Positions 11,901 to 26,606 are shown, numbered from the stretch's first letter. The stretch is 64,000 nt of DNA from Mobula hypostoma (GCF_963921235.1 NC_086101.1:14756001-14820000), one strand, 5' to 3'. Made by a program: numbers and translations. Notes: generated by a model from the sequence alone, not told the origin.

Positions 11901-13339
11901 TGCACACTGGTTAAACGGCCAAGTCTTTCATTCAGTCTATTATTATTAGCATTTTATTATGGATTTATTGATTATGTCCCCAAGAAAGTCACCGCAATGT
12001 TGTACGTGGTGACATATATGTGCATTAACAATGAAAAAAAAATCCACTTTGAAATTTGGACTTTGAGCTTTATTTATCAATGGCCTTCGTTGGAAAGTTT
12101 GTGAAGAGCATTGTTAAAATCATATGTGCAACGTCAAATATACTGCACTTGAAATCTACTCTTACATCGTCACAAAAAAAAACAACTTTTGCAATTAAGA
12201 TCCTCAAGAAGTACCTTCTGCCCCTTCCTAAGTACGTTAATCCTTTCTAGCTATGGTTTGGACCTGAGTCCAACAACATATCGCACTGGCTGCAATAATT
12301 TCGCTCATATTTTTCCTTTTATGTTCTAGTGAATTTGACCTCCACTTTTCAAAAAGGTTTCCTTCAATACTTTTTCAACTAAGTTTAGCAGCTGCACACA
12401 CAAAATGCTAGAGGAATTCAGCAAGTCAGGCAGGTTCTAGTGACCGTTCAGGCCAAGACCCTTCATCAGGACTGGAAAGGACGAGGGTAGAAGCCAGGTA
12501 CATAATAGAGAAAAATAATAGCCTATAGATATAGTATATTACAGGGAATTCGTTCGCTGCTTCTCTTTAAGTAAATGTGGAAAACAGAAGACCACTTACT
12601 TTAACAATCAGGTGTCTGTGACCTCTCTTCGATGATGCAAACACGCACACACAAAGAAATCCTGAAAGGAGGAAACCCAGAATAAAACTTACCACGTCAG
12701 CATTGTATTATCGGAAAGAAAAGGGGGAATTGAAATTGAAATTCTTGCTTGTGGCATGCAGCATGGAACATTATTTTCTTCACATCTTGCGTGCAACTTA
12801 AGGACCCCACTTTTCTCATTTTCGTAGTTCCATGATAATCCTAATTGTTCAGTCGTAATCTCAGTAAGCAAACATCTCCCCAAGGAATCAGTACATGTCC
12901 CAGTTCTCAGGAACTAGAGAGTACAGCAATTTTGTGAAGGAAAATCAGCTCAGCATGACTCATTTTATTCCATGAAAAGTTCCTCATGGAACTTGCGCAA
13001 AACTGATGATTTACAGAAGTATGTTTGCGAAATGAGCAGGCACTGGTCCAGTTAGCGTTGAAGATCCTGAACTCTCACTTCCCTGCGTTTTGCTCAAAGT
13101 GAGACCATTTATATATTAATTTCTATCTCTCGCTCTGTTGCGGTTCCTAAAATATAAACTGACTAGAGGCAGTACAGAGATCACTATGTATTCCGAAACT
13201 GGTGTTATTTTAGATTTAACATTCTATTGTTGGGGAACAGGTGCAGCAGATTCCTATCAGCAGTGCCTGATGCCACAGACACCGACTCAATGATTAGTTG
13301 TGTTTTGACACCCTACCTTAGAGATTACTAGGCGTACCC

Positions 13340-13565
13340 ATAGCCCACTAGTTTTCTAAGCTACATGTACCTATCCAAAAGTCTCTTAAAAGACACTGTC
13401 GTATCCGCCTCCGTCACCGTTGCCGGCAGCCCATTCCACGCACTCACCACGCTGTGCGTAAAAAAACTTACCCCTGACATTTCCTCTGAACCTTCTCCCC
13501 AGCACCTTAAACCTGTGTCCTCTTGTGGCAACCATTTCAGCGCAGGGGAAAAGCCTCTGCCTATC
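13340..13565 (-). mobile_element. CR1 3' terminal fragment
   Basis: TRGHRFKV...GKFFTQRVV-like text. Confidence 0.8.
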
Positions 13566-13569
13566 CAAG

Positions 13570-16500
13570 TCAAGTCAAGTCACCTTTTATTGTCATTTCG
13601 ACCATAACTGCTGTTACAGTACACAGTAAAAACGAGACAACGTTTTTTTCAGGACCATGGTGCTACATGAACAAAATAAAACTACACTGAACTACGTAAA
13701 ACAACACAAGAACTACACTAGGCTACAGACCTACCCAAGACTGCATAAAGTGAACAAAACAATGCAGGCATTACAATAAATAATAAACAAGACAATAGGT
13801 ACAGTAGAGGGCAGTACGTTGGTGTCAGTCCGGGCTCTGGGTATTGAGGAACTGATGGCTTGGGGGAAGAAACTTCGGTGACTTTTGCCAGATGGCAGGA
13901 GGGAGAAGTGTTTGCATGAGGGGTGCGTGGGGTCCTTCATAACGATGTTTGCTTTACAGATAGAGCATGTGGTGTAAATGTCTCTAGTGACGGGAAGAGA
14001 GACCCCGATAATCTTCTCAGCTGACTTCACTGTCTGCTGCAGGGTCTTGCGATCCGAGATGGGGCAATTTCCGAACCAGGCAGTAATGCAACCACTCAGG
14101 ATGCTCTCAATACAACCTCTGTTGAATGTGGTGAGGATGGGGGGTGGGAGATGGACTTTTCTCAGCCTTCCCAGAAAGTAGAGACGCTGCTGGGCTTTCT
14201 TTGCTATGGAGCTGGTGTTGAGGGACCAGGTGAGATTCGCCGCCAGGTGAACACCATGAAATTTGGTGCTCTTAACGATCTCTACAGAGGAGTTGTCGAT
14301 GTTCAGCGAAGAGTGGTCGTTCTGTGTCCTCCTGAAGTCAAAAACCATCTCTTTTGTTTTGTTCACATTCAGAGACAGGTTGTTGGCTCTGCACCAGTCT
14401 GTTAGCCGCTGCACCTCCTCTCTGTATGCTGATACATCGTTCTTGCTGACGAGACCCACCATGGTAGTGTCATCGGCGAACTTGATGATGTGGTTCCAGC
14501 TGTGTTTTGCAGCACAGTCGTGGGTCAGCACAGTGAACAGCAGTGGACTGAGCACACAGCCCTGGGGGGCCCCCGTGCTCACTGTGATAGTGTTGAATAT
14601 GCTGCGTCCAATCCGGACTGACTGAGGTCTCCCAGACAGAAAGTCTAAATTCAGTGGCAGAGGGAGGTGCTCAGGACCAGTAGGCTCAGCTTTCCACTCA
14701 GTTTCTGAGGAATGATTGTGTTGAATGCTGAACTGAAGTTTATGAACAGCATTCGAAAGTTCGTGTCTTTTTTGTCCAGGTGGGTTAGGGCCAGGTGGAG
14801 AGTGATGGCAAATAGCGTCGTCTGTTGAACGGTTGGGCCGGTACGCGGACTACAGGGGGTCCACTGAGGGGAGCAGCAGGGTCTTGATGTACCTCATGAC
14901 CAGCCTCTCCAAACACTTCATGATGATGGATATGAGTGAGACGGGACAGTAATCGTTGAGGCAGGACACTGAAGACTTCTTCGGCACGGGGAAGATGGTG
15001 GCGGCCTTGAAGCACGTAGCAATGAGGACGCTGCTTAGGGAGATAGAACATAGAACATAGAATATTACAGCACATTACAGGCCCTTCGGCCCACAATGTT
15101 GTGCCGACCCTCAAACCCTGCCTCCCATATAACCCCCCAACTTAAATTCCTCCATATACCTGTCTAATAGTTTCTTAAACTTCACTAATGTATCTGCCTC
15201 CACCACTGACTCAGGCAGTGTATTCCACGCACCAACCACTCTCTGAGTAAAAAACCTTCCTCTAATAACCACCTTGAACATCCTACCACTTAACTTAAAG
15301 CCATGTCCTCTTGTATTGAGCAGTGGTGCCCTGGGGAAGAGGCGTTGGCTATCCACTCTATCTATTCCTCTTGATATCTTGTACACCTCTATCATGTCTC
15401 CTCTTATCCTCCTTCTCTCCAAAGAGTAAAGCCCTAGCTCCCTTAATCTCTCATCATAATCCATACACTCTGAACCAGGCAGCATCTTGGTAAATCTCCT
15501 CTGTACCCTTTCCAACGATTCCACATCCTTCCTATAGTGAGGCGACCAGAACTGGACAGAGTACTCCAAGTGTGCTCTAACCAGAGGTTTATAGAGCTGC
15601 ATCACTACATTGCGACTCCTAAAATCGATCCCTCGACTGATGAAAGGTAATACCCCATAAGCTTTCTTAACTACCCTATCTACCTGTAAGGCAACTTTCA
15701 GGGATCTGTGGACATGTACCCACAGATCCCTTTGCTCCTCCACGCTGCCAAGTATCCTGCCATTTACTTTGTACTCTGCCTTGGAGTTTGTCCTTCCAAA
15801 GTGTACCACCTCACACTTCTCCGGGTTGAACTCCATCTGCCACTTCTCAGCCCACTTCTGCATCCTATCAATGTCTCTCAGCAATCCTCGACAATCCTCT
15901 ACACTATCTACAACACCACCAACTTTTGTGTCGTCTGCAAACCTGCCCACCCTTCTACCCCCACATCCAGGTCGTTAATAAAAATCACGAAAAGTAGAGG
16001 TCCCAGAACAGATCCTTGTAGGACACCACTAGTCACAATCCTCCAATCTGAATGTACTCCCTCCACCACCACCCTCTGCCTTCTGCAGGCAAGCCAATTC
16101 TGAATTCACCTGGCCAAACTTCCCTGGATCCCATGCCTTCTGACTTTCTGAATAAGCCTACCGTGTGGAGCCTTGTCAAATGCCTTACTAAAATCCATAT
16201 AGATCACATCCACTGCACTACCCTCATCTATATGCCTGGTCACCTCCTCAAAGAATTCTGTCAGGCTTGTTAGACACGATCTGCCCTTCACAAAGCCATG
16301 CTGTCTTTCCCTGATCAGACCACGATTCTCTAAATGTTCATAGATCCTATCTCTCAGAATCTTTTCCAACAGCTTTCCCACCATAGACGTAAGGCTCACT
16401 GGTCTATAATTACCCGGACTATCCCTGCTACCTTTTTTGAAAAAGGGGACAACATTCACCTCCCTCCAGTCTTCCGGTACCATTCCCGTGGACAACGAGG

Positions 16501-17000
16501 ACATAAAGATCCTAGCCAGAGGCTCAGCAATCTCTTCCCTCGCCTCGTGGAGCAGCCCCGGAAATATTCCTTCGGGCCCCCGGGTCTTCTCCGTCCTAAT
16601 TTGTTTTAACAACTCCAACACCACCTCTCCCTTAATTTCAACATGCTCCAGAACATCACCCTCACTCATATTGTCCTCAACATCATCAAGTTCCCTCTCA
16701 TTGGTGAATACCGAAGAGAAGTATTCATTGAGGACATCGCTCACTTCCACAGCCTCCAGGCACATCTTCCCACCTTTATCGGTAATCGGTCCAACCTTCA
16801 CTCCTGTCATCCTTTTTTTCTTCAAATAATTGAAGAATGCCTCAGGGTTTTCCTTTACCCTACTCGCCAAGGCAATGGTGTTGAAGATGTCAGTGAGGAT
16901 ATCAGCTAGCTGGTTTTCACATCCTCTAAGCACTCTGCCAGGAATATTGTCTGGTTCCAGCAGCCTTCCGTGGGTTGTCCCTGCACAGGGTCCACACGAT
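13570..17000 (-). mobile_element. Rex1/Babar LINE (RT; 13570-15045 and about 16870-17000) split by a CR1
   Basis: ORF 13731-14582 has STGAPQGCVLSPLLF and KFADDTTMVG. LADILTDIFN (about 16880) joins ISLSSV...CFKAATI (about 15040). Tail (tgact)n. Confidence 0.85.
15046..16870 (-). mobile_element. 5'-truncated CR1, same family as 2342-6606
   Basis: Close sequence match to 4800-6560, RT motifs and (ttctatg)n tail. Confidence 0.95.
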
Positions 17001-17690
17001 CAATGCCTCTCATCATCTTATCACATCTATCAGGTCACCTCTCATCCTCCGTCGCTCCAAGGAGAAAAGGCCGAGTTCACTCAACCTGTTCTCATAAGGC
17101 ACGCTCCCTAATCCAGGCAACATCCTTGTAAATCTCCTCTGCACCCTTTCTATGGCTTCGACATACTTCCTGTAGTGAGGCAACCAGAACTGAGCACAGT
17201 ACTCCAAGTGGGATCTGACCAAGGCCCTATATAGCTGCAACATTACCTCGCGGCCCCTAAATTCAATTCCACAATTAATGAAGGCCAACACACCATACGC
17301 TTTCTTAACCACAGAGTCAACCTGCTCAGCTGCTTTGAGCGTCCTATGGACTCGGACCTTAAGATCCCTCGGTTCCTGCACACTGCCAAGAGTCTTACCA
17401 CTAATGCTATATTCTGCCATCATATTTGACTACCAAAATGAACTACCTCACACTTATCTGGATTGAACTCCATCTGCCACTTCTCAGCCCAGTTTTGCAT
17501 CCTATTAATGTCCCGCTGTAACCTCTAACAGCCCTCCACACTACCCACAACATCCCCAACCTTTGTGTCATCAGCAAACTTACTAACCCATCCATCCACT
17601 TCCTCATCGAGGTCATTTATAACAATCACGTAGAGTAAGGGTTCCCAGGACAGATCCCTGAGGCACACCACTGGTCACCGACGTCTATGC
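17000..17690 (-). mobile_element. CR1 RT C-terminal fragment
   Basis: LEYCAQFW and IERVQRRFTRMLPGL motifs. Confidence 0.85.
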
Positions 17691-18074
17691 AGAATATTTC
17701 TGTAGAAGACGATGAGACAAAGGAGCAGAATTAGGCCATTCCGCACTTTGAGTTTGCTCCAGCATTTTATGATGACTAATATATTATGCCTCGCAACCTC
17801 ATTCTGCTGCTTTTTTTCTCAAAACCTTTCCAGCCCTTACTAATCAAGAAACTAGCAACATCCGCTTTAAGCATATGAAATGACATGGCACAGATAACTT
17901 GGCTAATGAATTTCAGAGATTCGCCATCTTCTGGCTAAAGAAATTCTCCCACATCTGTTCAAAAGGGAAGTTCTTCTATTCTGAGACTGTGACGTCTTGT
18001 CCTAGACTCATCTATTATAAGAAACATGCTCTCCACGGCCATTTTATCTGGGTTATTCAATGTTCAATAGATTT

Positions 18075-19590
18075 CTCTCTTTTCAAATCTTTTTATTGTA
18101 CATATAGGAAAAATAACATGAGTACATCGAAGTAACAACACTTATAATGCCTCAAAAAAACCCCATCATCTTAAAGATTGAAAACAAAATTTTGTGATAA
18201 CAAAAAAAACCTACTGAGCAGAAAAGTGAGAGAAAAAAGAACCCATTAGGTGTATAACCCCCGAGCCATGCGTCATACAAAAAGCTTCTAAAAATAAACA
18301 TCAAAGCGCCAGCAAGAAAAGAAAATATACTAAAATAATTTACAATTAGATCGTGGAAAAATTATATCAATTAACTCAAATGATAATAACGAGCAAATGA
18401 GCCCCATCTTTTCTCAAAACCAAGTAAAGATTCAAAGGTTCGACTTCTAATTTTCTCCAAACTAAGACATAGCATCACTTGAGAGAACCATTGTGACAAA
18501 GTGGGAGCTGATGTATCCTTCCACTTCAACAAAATGGTCCTTCTAGCTATCAATGTAAAAAATGCAATAACATGTTGGCCAGATACAGAAATACCATGAA
18601 TATTTTGAGGAACTATTCCAAAAAGCACAGTTAATTTATTAGGTTGTAAATTAATTTTAAGTGCTTTAGAAATTGTTGAAAAAACCGACTTCCAGAACTG
18701 TTCCAATACAGAAGAAGACCAAAACATATGTGTCAGTGTAGCTATCTCAGTTTTACATCTATCAGAATGACTATCAACATTAGGAAAGATTTTAGAAAGT
18801 CTCTCCTTTGTCAAATGATAACGATGTACAATTTTAAATTGAATCAATGAATGGCCAGCACAAATTGAAGAAGAGTTAACCAACTTCAATATCCGCATCC
18901 AATCCTCCGTCATAAAAGTCAAATTAAGTTCCTTTTCCCAATCCTGTTTAATCTTAGACAAAGGACGCTTATCCCATTGTAATAGTAAATTATAAATTCT
19001 TCCAATAGAACCCTTAATCAAAGGATTCATACTCATAATAGTATCTAACAGGTCAGCCTCCAATATGTAAGGGAAATTACTTAAATATTTTTGTAAAAAA
19101 TATCTAACTTGTAGGTATTGCAGAAAGTGTGAGTATGAAAGAGAATATTTATCAATTAATTGTTCAAAGGACATCAATCTATCTTCTTTAAATAAATCCA
19201 AAAAAGAATTAATACCTTTATTTTTCCGAAATAAAAAAATTGGATCACTCAAAGAAGGCTTAAAAAAGTAACTTCGGTAAATTAAACTACAAAGTTTAAA
19301 TTTTTTAAGATTAAAAAAATTGCGGAACTGGAGCCAAATTTGTAAAGAATACTTAATCACAGGATATAGGTTTAAATTAACAACCTTACCTAATTGCATA
19401 GGTAAAGGAGCCCCCAATAACGAGGTTAAATAAAACTGTTTTACAACTTTTAGTTCCAAGTCTACCCAAATTGGCCGATCACTCTTATCAACCCAGTATA
19501 ACCAAAAAGACATATATTGCAGATTAACAACCCAATAATACATTCTAAAATTAGGCAAAGCAAGACCTCCATCCTTTTTCAATTTTTGTA
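18075..19590 (-). mobile_element. L1/Tx1-clade LINE 3' end (ORF2 C-terminus plus 3'UTR) inserted in an older CR1
   Basis: KKDGGLALPNFRMYYW, LIQFKIVHRYHLT and TLTHMFWS zinc-finger-like region, open over about 400 codons. A-rich 3' end aataaaaaagatttgaaaag. Confidence 0.88.
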
Positions 19591-19729
19591 AATGACATTT
19601 ACTAATTCTATAGATTTCTATAAGATTCTGCTTCATATTTCTGAACACCAGCGAGTACAATCCCAGAGCAATCAATGTTCCTGGCCAATGTCAACACGTC
19701 CTGTCGTAGAGAAGAGGCTCAATACGGTA

Positions 19730-21060
19730 AGGGAAAATCACTCCACACTTCAGGAAAGATGTGACATAGGATCGGAAGATATTGAATCCTTGTAGGCAGA
19801 GTTAAGAAAATGCAAGGACACCAATGGTAATCATATTCAGGCCTGCAAACAGTAGTTGGGATGTGGACTACAGATTACAAAGGGAAATAGAAAAAGCTTG
19901 TCAAAAGGGAAATGTTATAATAGTCATGTGAGATTTTAACATGCAAGTAGATTCGGAAAATCAGGTTGGTAATGGACCTCAAGGGAGTCGACTTGTTGAA
20001 TGCCTAAGAGACAGCTGTTTAGAGCAGTTTGTTCTGGAGTCTACTAGGAGATCAGGTATAATGGATTGGGTGTTATGTAATGAACTGGATGTAATTAGGG
20101 AGTTTAACGTAAAGCAACCCTTAGGAGGCCGTGATCAGAATATGATTGAGTTCAACTTGAAATTCCATAGGGAAAAAGTAAAGTCTGATATAGCAGCATT
20201 TTAGTGAAGTAAAGTAAATTACAGTGGTGTGAGAGAGGAGTTGGCCAAAGTAAATAGAGCGGAGATGCTGGCAGAGATAACGCAGAACATTAATGGCTTG
20301 AGGTTCTGGGAAGAATGAGAAAGGTGTGAGATATTCAAATAGCAAAATAGTACAACCGTGGCTGACAAGGGAAGTCAAAGCTAATGTAAAAGCAAAAGAG
20401 AGAGCATACAACAAATCAACAATTCAAAATTAACGGAAGATATAATTTTGAGAAGCGTTTACGAAAGCAACTAAAAGAATCATTAGGAGAGAAACGATGA
20501 GACATGAAAGCAAGCTAGCAAACAGTATCAAGGTAGATAGTGAAAGCTTTCTCAATTATATAAAAAAAAGAAGAGAAATGAGAGTGGATGTAGGACTTAC
20601 AGAAAATGAGGCAGGAGAAATTATAACAGCGGAAAAGGAGATGGCTGATGAACTAAATGTGTATTTTCTATCAGTCTTCACTGTGGAAGGCACAAGCAGT
20701 GTGCCGGATGTTGAAGGGACTGAGGGAAGAGAAGTGAGTGCAGTTACTATTACCAGGGAGAAGGTGCTCAAAATGCTGAAAGACCTCAAGGTAAATAAGT
20801 CACCCGAATCAGAAGGATTCCACCCTAAGGTTCTGAAAGAGATACCAGTAGAAATTGTGGAGGCAATAGTAATGATATTTCAAGAAACATTAGCATGGTT
20901 CCAGAGGACTGTAAAATTGCAAATGTCACCCCACCCTTTAAGAAAGGAAGGAGGCAGCAGAAAGGAAATTGTAGACTAGTTAGCCTGACCTCGGTGGTTG
21001 GAAAATGTTGGAGTCCATTGTTACGGATGAGGTTTCGGGCGACTTGGAGGCACGTGATAA
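19730..21060 (+). mobile_element. Degenerate CR1 ORF2 fragment
   Basis: IMDWVLCNE, ADELNVYFLSVFT and PGFHPKVLKE-like motifs. Confidence 0.8.
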
Positions 21061-23935
21061 CAGAGGCTAATTCGGAGAAGGAAGTCTGAGAATCGGAGCG
21101 GGAGTGCAGCGGAAGCCATTTTGATTTTTCTTTTTCTCATCAGAGTTAAGAGAAGCGGGACTGCGCAGGCGTGTGACGTCGGGCAGCGAAGCGCGGAAGA
21201 TTTAAAAGGAACACAGCCGTATACAGCGGGCAGCGTAGTTTTGCCGGCGGCGGAGTGAGCCGGGAGCAGAGTGAAGGCTTAAGGGCTTTGGCTCAACGAG
21301 CTTAGGCGGAAACGGGCGAGGCAAAGTAGGTCTGGTTTTCAATTTTTCCTATTATTTGAGGAAAGGTGGAAATATGAGTATGAGAGCAGCTTGCTGTTCT
21401 CGGTGTCGGATGTGGGAGGTCCTGGAGTCTCCTAGCCTGCCGGACGTCTACATCTGCGCCAGGTGCGCCGAGCTGCAGCTCCTATTAAGGACAGTGTTAG
21501 GGAACTGGAGCTGCAGCTCGATGACCTTCGTCTGGTCAGGGAGAGTGAGGAGTTGATAGAGAGGAACTGCAGGCAGGTGGTTACACCGCGGCCACGGGAA
21601 GCAGACAAGTGAGTCACGGTTAGGAGGGGGAAGGGGTAGTGTTAGGTAACCGAGAGTACCCCAGTGGCCGTGCCCCTTGACAATAAGTACTCATGTTTGA
21701 GTACTGTTGGTGGGGGACAGCTTACCTGGGGGAAGCAACAGTGGCCGTGCCTCTGGCACAGAGTCCGGCCCTGTAGCTCAGAAGGGTAGGGAAAGGAAGA
21801 GGGGGACTCGATAGTTAGGAGTCAGGTAGGCAGTTCTGTGGACGCAGTCTTGAGACCCGGATGGTAGGTTGCCTCCCTGGTGCCAGGGTCCGGGATATTT
21901 CTGATCGCGTCCAAGATATCCTGAAGTGGGAGGGTGAGGAGCCAGAGGTCGTGGTATATATAGGTACCAATGACATAGGTAGGAAAAGGGAAGAGGTCTT
22001 GAAAGGAGAATGTAAGGAGTTAGGAAGGGAGTTGAGAAGAAGGACCGCAAAGGTAGTAATCTCGGGATTGCTGCCTGTGCCACGCGACAGTGAGAGTAGG
22101 AATGTAATGAGGTGGAGGATAAATGTGTGGCTGAGGGATTGGAGCAGCGGGCAGGGATTCAAGTTCCTGGATCATTGGGACTTCTTTTGGCGCAGGTGTG
22201 ACCTGTACATAAAGGACGGGTTGCACTTGAATCCTAGGGGGACCAATATAATGGCGGGGAGATTTGCGAAGGCTAGTGGGGAGGCTTTAAACTAGAATGG
22301 TTGTGGGGTGGGAATCAAATTGAAGAGACTAGGAGAGAGGAGGTTAGTTCACAAATAGAGAAAGCCAGTAGACGGTGTGTGAGGGAGGATAGACAGGGGA
22401 CAGAGAACGGGAGCACTCACACGGAAGATGTAGAGGAGAAGGAAGACAAAGATAACCAAGTTGTTTGCACCATTAGGGATAAACAGAGAGTAAGAGGTGG
22501 AGAGTTTCTTAAATGCATCTATTTTAATGCTAGGAACATTGTAAGAAAGGTGGATGAGCTTAGAGCATGGATTGATACCTGGAAATATGATGTTGTAGCT
22601 ATTAGTGAAACATGGATGCAGGAGGGGTGTGATTGGCAACCAGATATTCCTGGATTTCGTTGCTTCAGGTGTGATAGAATCGGAGGGACAAGAGGGGGAG
22701 GTGTTGCATCGCTTGTCAGAGAAAATATTACAGCACTGCTTTGGCAGGATAGATTAGAGGAATCGTCTAGGGAGGCTATTTGGGTGGAATTGAGGAATAG
22801 AAAAGGTGTAGTAACGCTTATAGGGGTGTATTATGAACACCTAATGGGGAGAGAGAATTGGAGGAGTAAATGTGTAAGGAGATAGCAGATATTTGTAGCT
22901 AGCACAAGAATGTGATTGTGGGAGATTTTAATTCTCCACACATAGACTGGGAAACCCATTCTGTAAAAGGGCTGGATGGTTTGAAGTTTATAAAATGTGT
23001 GCAAGATAGTTTTTTGCGGCAACACATAAAGGTACCAACTAGAGAAAGGGCAGTATTGGATCTCATGTTAGGGAATGAGATGGGTCAGGTGACGGAGGTA
23101 TGTACTGGGGAGCACTTCGGGTCCAGTGATCACAATGCCATTAGTTTCAATATAATTATGGAAAAGGATAGGACTGGACCCAGGGTGAAGATTTTTGATT
23201 GAAGAAAGGCTAACTTTGAAGAGATGCGAAAGGATTTAGAAGGAGTGGATTGGAACAATTTGTTTTATCGGAAGGATGTAATGGAGAAATGGAGGTCATT
23301 TAAAAGTGAAAGTTTGAGGGTACAGAATCTTTATGTTCCTGTTAGGTTGAAAGGAAAGGTTAAAAGTTTGCGAGAGCCATGGTTTTCAAGGGACACTGGA
23401 AACTTGGTTCGGAAAAAGTGAGATATCTACAATAAATATATGCAGCTTGGAGTAAATGAGGTGCTCGAGGAATATAAAGAATGTAAAAAGAATCGTAAGA
23501 AATAAATTAGAAAAGCTAAAGGAAGATATGATGTTGCTTTGGCAAGTAAGGTAAAAATGAATCGAAAGGGTTTCTACGGTTATATTAATAGCAAAAGGAT
23601 AGTGAGGGATAAAATTGGTGCCTTAGAAAATCAGATTGGAAGGCTATGTGTGGAGCCAAGAGAGATGGGGGAGATTTTGAACAATTTATTTTCTTCCGTA
23701 TTCACTAAGGAGGACGATATTGAATTATGTAAGGTAAGGGAAACAAGTAGGGTAGTTATGGAAACTATGATGATTAAAGAAGAGGAAGTACTGGAGCTTT
23801 TAAGGAATATAAAGGTGGATAAGTCTCCGGGTCCTAACAGGATATTGCCGAGGACTTTGAGGGAAGTTAGTGTGGAAATAGCAGAGGCTCTGACAGAAAT
23901 ATTTCAAATGTCATTAGAAAAGGGGATGGTGCCGG

Positions 23936-24865
23936 TGTCACAATGGGGCATTGATAGCGGACCGAAATGCAAGACACAGACACTGAAGTACAAGGAACAG
24001 GACTTGACTAGAGTAGGGACATGACAGGATACAGACAACGAGCAGGGACAAGAACGCAGACTAGGGCTTGAACCCGAAGCCAGAGACTGGACAAGGACCC
24101 AGAACCTGGGTCTTGCCTGGGCTCGGGCCCTAGGACCAGACATGACATGACTGCAGGACAGGAGGCTGCGTCTTGAGGCTTGAGGTTTGGAGACAGGCTT
24201 GGGGACTTAAGGCTTGAGGTTTGGAGACAGGCTTGGGGTCTTGAGGCTTGGAGACAGACTGTGAACTGTACATTAACATAGACTTATCCTTCGAAAAGCC
24301 GGGACTCATCTTCAACACGACACCATCATGTGACAGGACAGTAAATAGACATAGAGCCGGGACTTATACTTAGACAAGCCGGGACTCAACTTCATCACCA
24401 CACCGAGGTGGGACAGGAACTTCCGTCGGTTAACGGCAGAACGGATTGACTTACCCCACGAAGGCGAGCACAAGACAAGACCGATCCCCCCGCGGGGAAA
24501 GGGGAGAATGGCCTGAATTACCCCACAGAGGCAAGGACAAGAAGAGACAAACACCAAAGAACAGCAGACAGTTCCATCTCTGCATTGTTTGCGATTGAAC
24601 TCGACAGTGGTGCAGGTGAGGTATCCAGGCAGAGAGTCAGGCGAGGTATCCAGGCAGAGAGTCAAGCGAGGGCTGGGGAAAGACAGGGAGGGGAACAGGA
24701 CAGTCCAACAGGGAATCCCTGGTTTGCAGAGGTATTTATGTCTCAGCCCCAAAACGAGAATCATGTGTCCACAACAGAAACGGGGGAAAACCAGAAACCC
24801 CGGAACAAAGAACCCTGGACCGGACCGTGAACCGGAACACGGACTTCACGGACCAGACCATGACA
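23936..24865. mobile_element. Solo LTR (probably Gypsy-type) with internal tandem repeats
   Basis: TGTCA...TGACA termini, 930 bp, flanked by GCCGG/GCAGG (5-bp TSD, 1 mismatch). Removing it restores the CR1 text ggtgccggaggattgg. Confidence 0.85.
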
Positions 24866-25113
24866 GCAGGAGGATTGGTGTATTGCTCATGTTGTTCCAT
24901 TGTTTAAAAAGGGTTCGATGAGTAAACCTAGAAATTATCGGCCTGTGAGTTTGACGTCAGTGGTGGGTAAATCGATGGAAAGTACTCTTAGAGATGGTAT
25001 ATATAATTTAAAACGCAAACAACAGGAATTCTGCAGATGCTGGAAGTTCAAGCAACACACATCAAAGTTGCTGGTGAATGCAGCAGGCCAGGCAGCATCT
25101 CTAGGAAGAGGTA

Positions 25114-25152
25114 GAGTCGACGTTTCAGGCCGAGACCCTTCGTCAGGACTAA
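25114..25152 (-). ncRNA. Hammerhead ribozyme in Penelope pLTR fragment (about 25005-25165)
   Basis: Same core CUGACGA...GAAACGUC^GACU. Confidence 0.8.
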
Positions 25153-26567
25153 CTGAAGGAAGCTGCCGGGAGGAGGATTTGGGGATCGATGTGCCTGTTC
25201 CGTTTTTGTTCGATATTTCAGTGCGGGATGCAGGGTTTTGGGGTTGATGGTCGTGCTGCCGTGTTTTTCTGTCTTCGTTTCGTGGCTATCTGGAGATAAA
25301 GAATTTCAGAGTTGTATACTTTGGTAATAAATGAACCTTTGAACCTTTGTAGTTATTGGGTATGTTTAAGGTAGAGGTTGATAGATTCTTGATTAGTCAG
25401 GCATGAAGGGATACGGAAAGAAGGTAGAAGATTGGGCTGAGAGGCACATAGATCAGCTATGGTGAAATGGCAGACTAGTCTCGATGGGCCGAATAGCCTA
25501 ATGCTGCTCTTATATCTTATGGTCCTATAGTCCTAAAGAAATTTCTCCTCATTTCTGTTCTAAAATGATGTCCTTCTATTCTGAGGCTGTGCCCTCTGCC
25601 GAGACTCACCCAAATAGAAAACGTCCTCTCCAAGTGCACTCCAGATAAAGATTGGGTTAGAATACAGAACATAGAACATAGAAAACCTACAGCACAATAC
25701 AGGCCCTTCGGCCCACAAAGCTGAGCCGAACATGTCCTTCTTTAGAAATTAGCCCTCTATTTTTCTACACTCCATGTACCTTATGCTTCACTTTCACAGG
25801 AATTTCAGTAGGAATGCCACCCTCTAAAAACAGCCAGGCTGCAGAATCATCGAAGAGTTACACTGAATTTGATTTTCCTTCACTCAATGAAGCGACCGGA
25901 CAATTAACATGAGTCGTCCACTGAACTGTGGATCACTGAAGGCGAATTGGACACAAAGGATGGGACTGCTTTAGACAGGGGCAGGGTAATGGGTTGCTTT
26001 GCGGTAGGGAATAGCAACTCTGTGCTCCGCTCAGAAATAGTCATCCTCCCGGAAGCACAAGCTGGACGAAGTCGGCGGGTCGGGTAACAGCCACCCTGGA
26101 GAGAGGATTTCTGACGTTTTGGATCGAAAGCCCACATCAGGACTGAGACTGGAGTGGTAAGATAGCCAGTATAAATAGGAAAGGGGAAGTAGTGAGACAG
26201 GGGCCAGAATGTGATAGGGACCAAAGAGGGATAAAAGATCAGGGGCAGGTTTAACGATCTGGGCAGGGGCACTGCTGGAGCTGGAAAACAGTAGCGGATA
26301 GATGATAGGAGTAAGTAGTCAAAGGGGAAAATAATAAAAGCAGATGAGGATGTGTTGGGCAAGGAAGGCTGAAGGTAGAGACAGGTGCTGGGGGTGGGGG
26401 GGTGGTGCGATGAGCGGGGAAACGACTCCTACAAGTGCTGGAATCTAATAATTACGGTGATGCTGGGAACCATTAAGGGAGCGGCGGTGGAAAGCATATG
26501 GAGAAGGGACACACATCAAAGTTGCTGGTGAACGCAGCAGGCCAAGCAGCATCTGTAGGAAGAGGCG

Positions 26568-26606
26568 CAGTCGACGTTTCAGGCCGAGACCCTTCGTCAG
26601 GACTAA
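26568..26606 (-). ncRNA. Minimal type-I hammerhead ribozyme (3' pLTR)
   Basis: UAGUC-CUGACGA-AGG GUCUCGG CCU-GAAA-CGUC^GACUG: intact core, stem I AGUC/GACU and palindromic ACGU stem III. Confidence 0.85.

Larger units (their letters stand above)
21070..25530 (+). mobile_element. Second-family CR1 with 5'UTR, ORF1 (about 21372-22295) and ORF2, interrupted by a solo LTR and a Penelope fragment and internally deleted
   Basis: CCSRCRMWEV, YIGTNDIG, DGLHLN, YFNARNIV and DVVAISETW. The RT text resumes at 24866. Tail tatcttatggtcctatag. Confidence 0.9.

Noticed and set aside
12689-12883. Short ORF ending at a strong GTAAGT donor (minus)
   Set aside because: No signal-peptide character or homology, and it cannot be tied to the V exon.
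24175-24400. Short spaced repeats reminiscent of a CRISPR array
   Set aside because: Tandem repeats internal to a eukaryotic solo LTR, with no unique spacers or cas genes.
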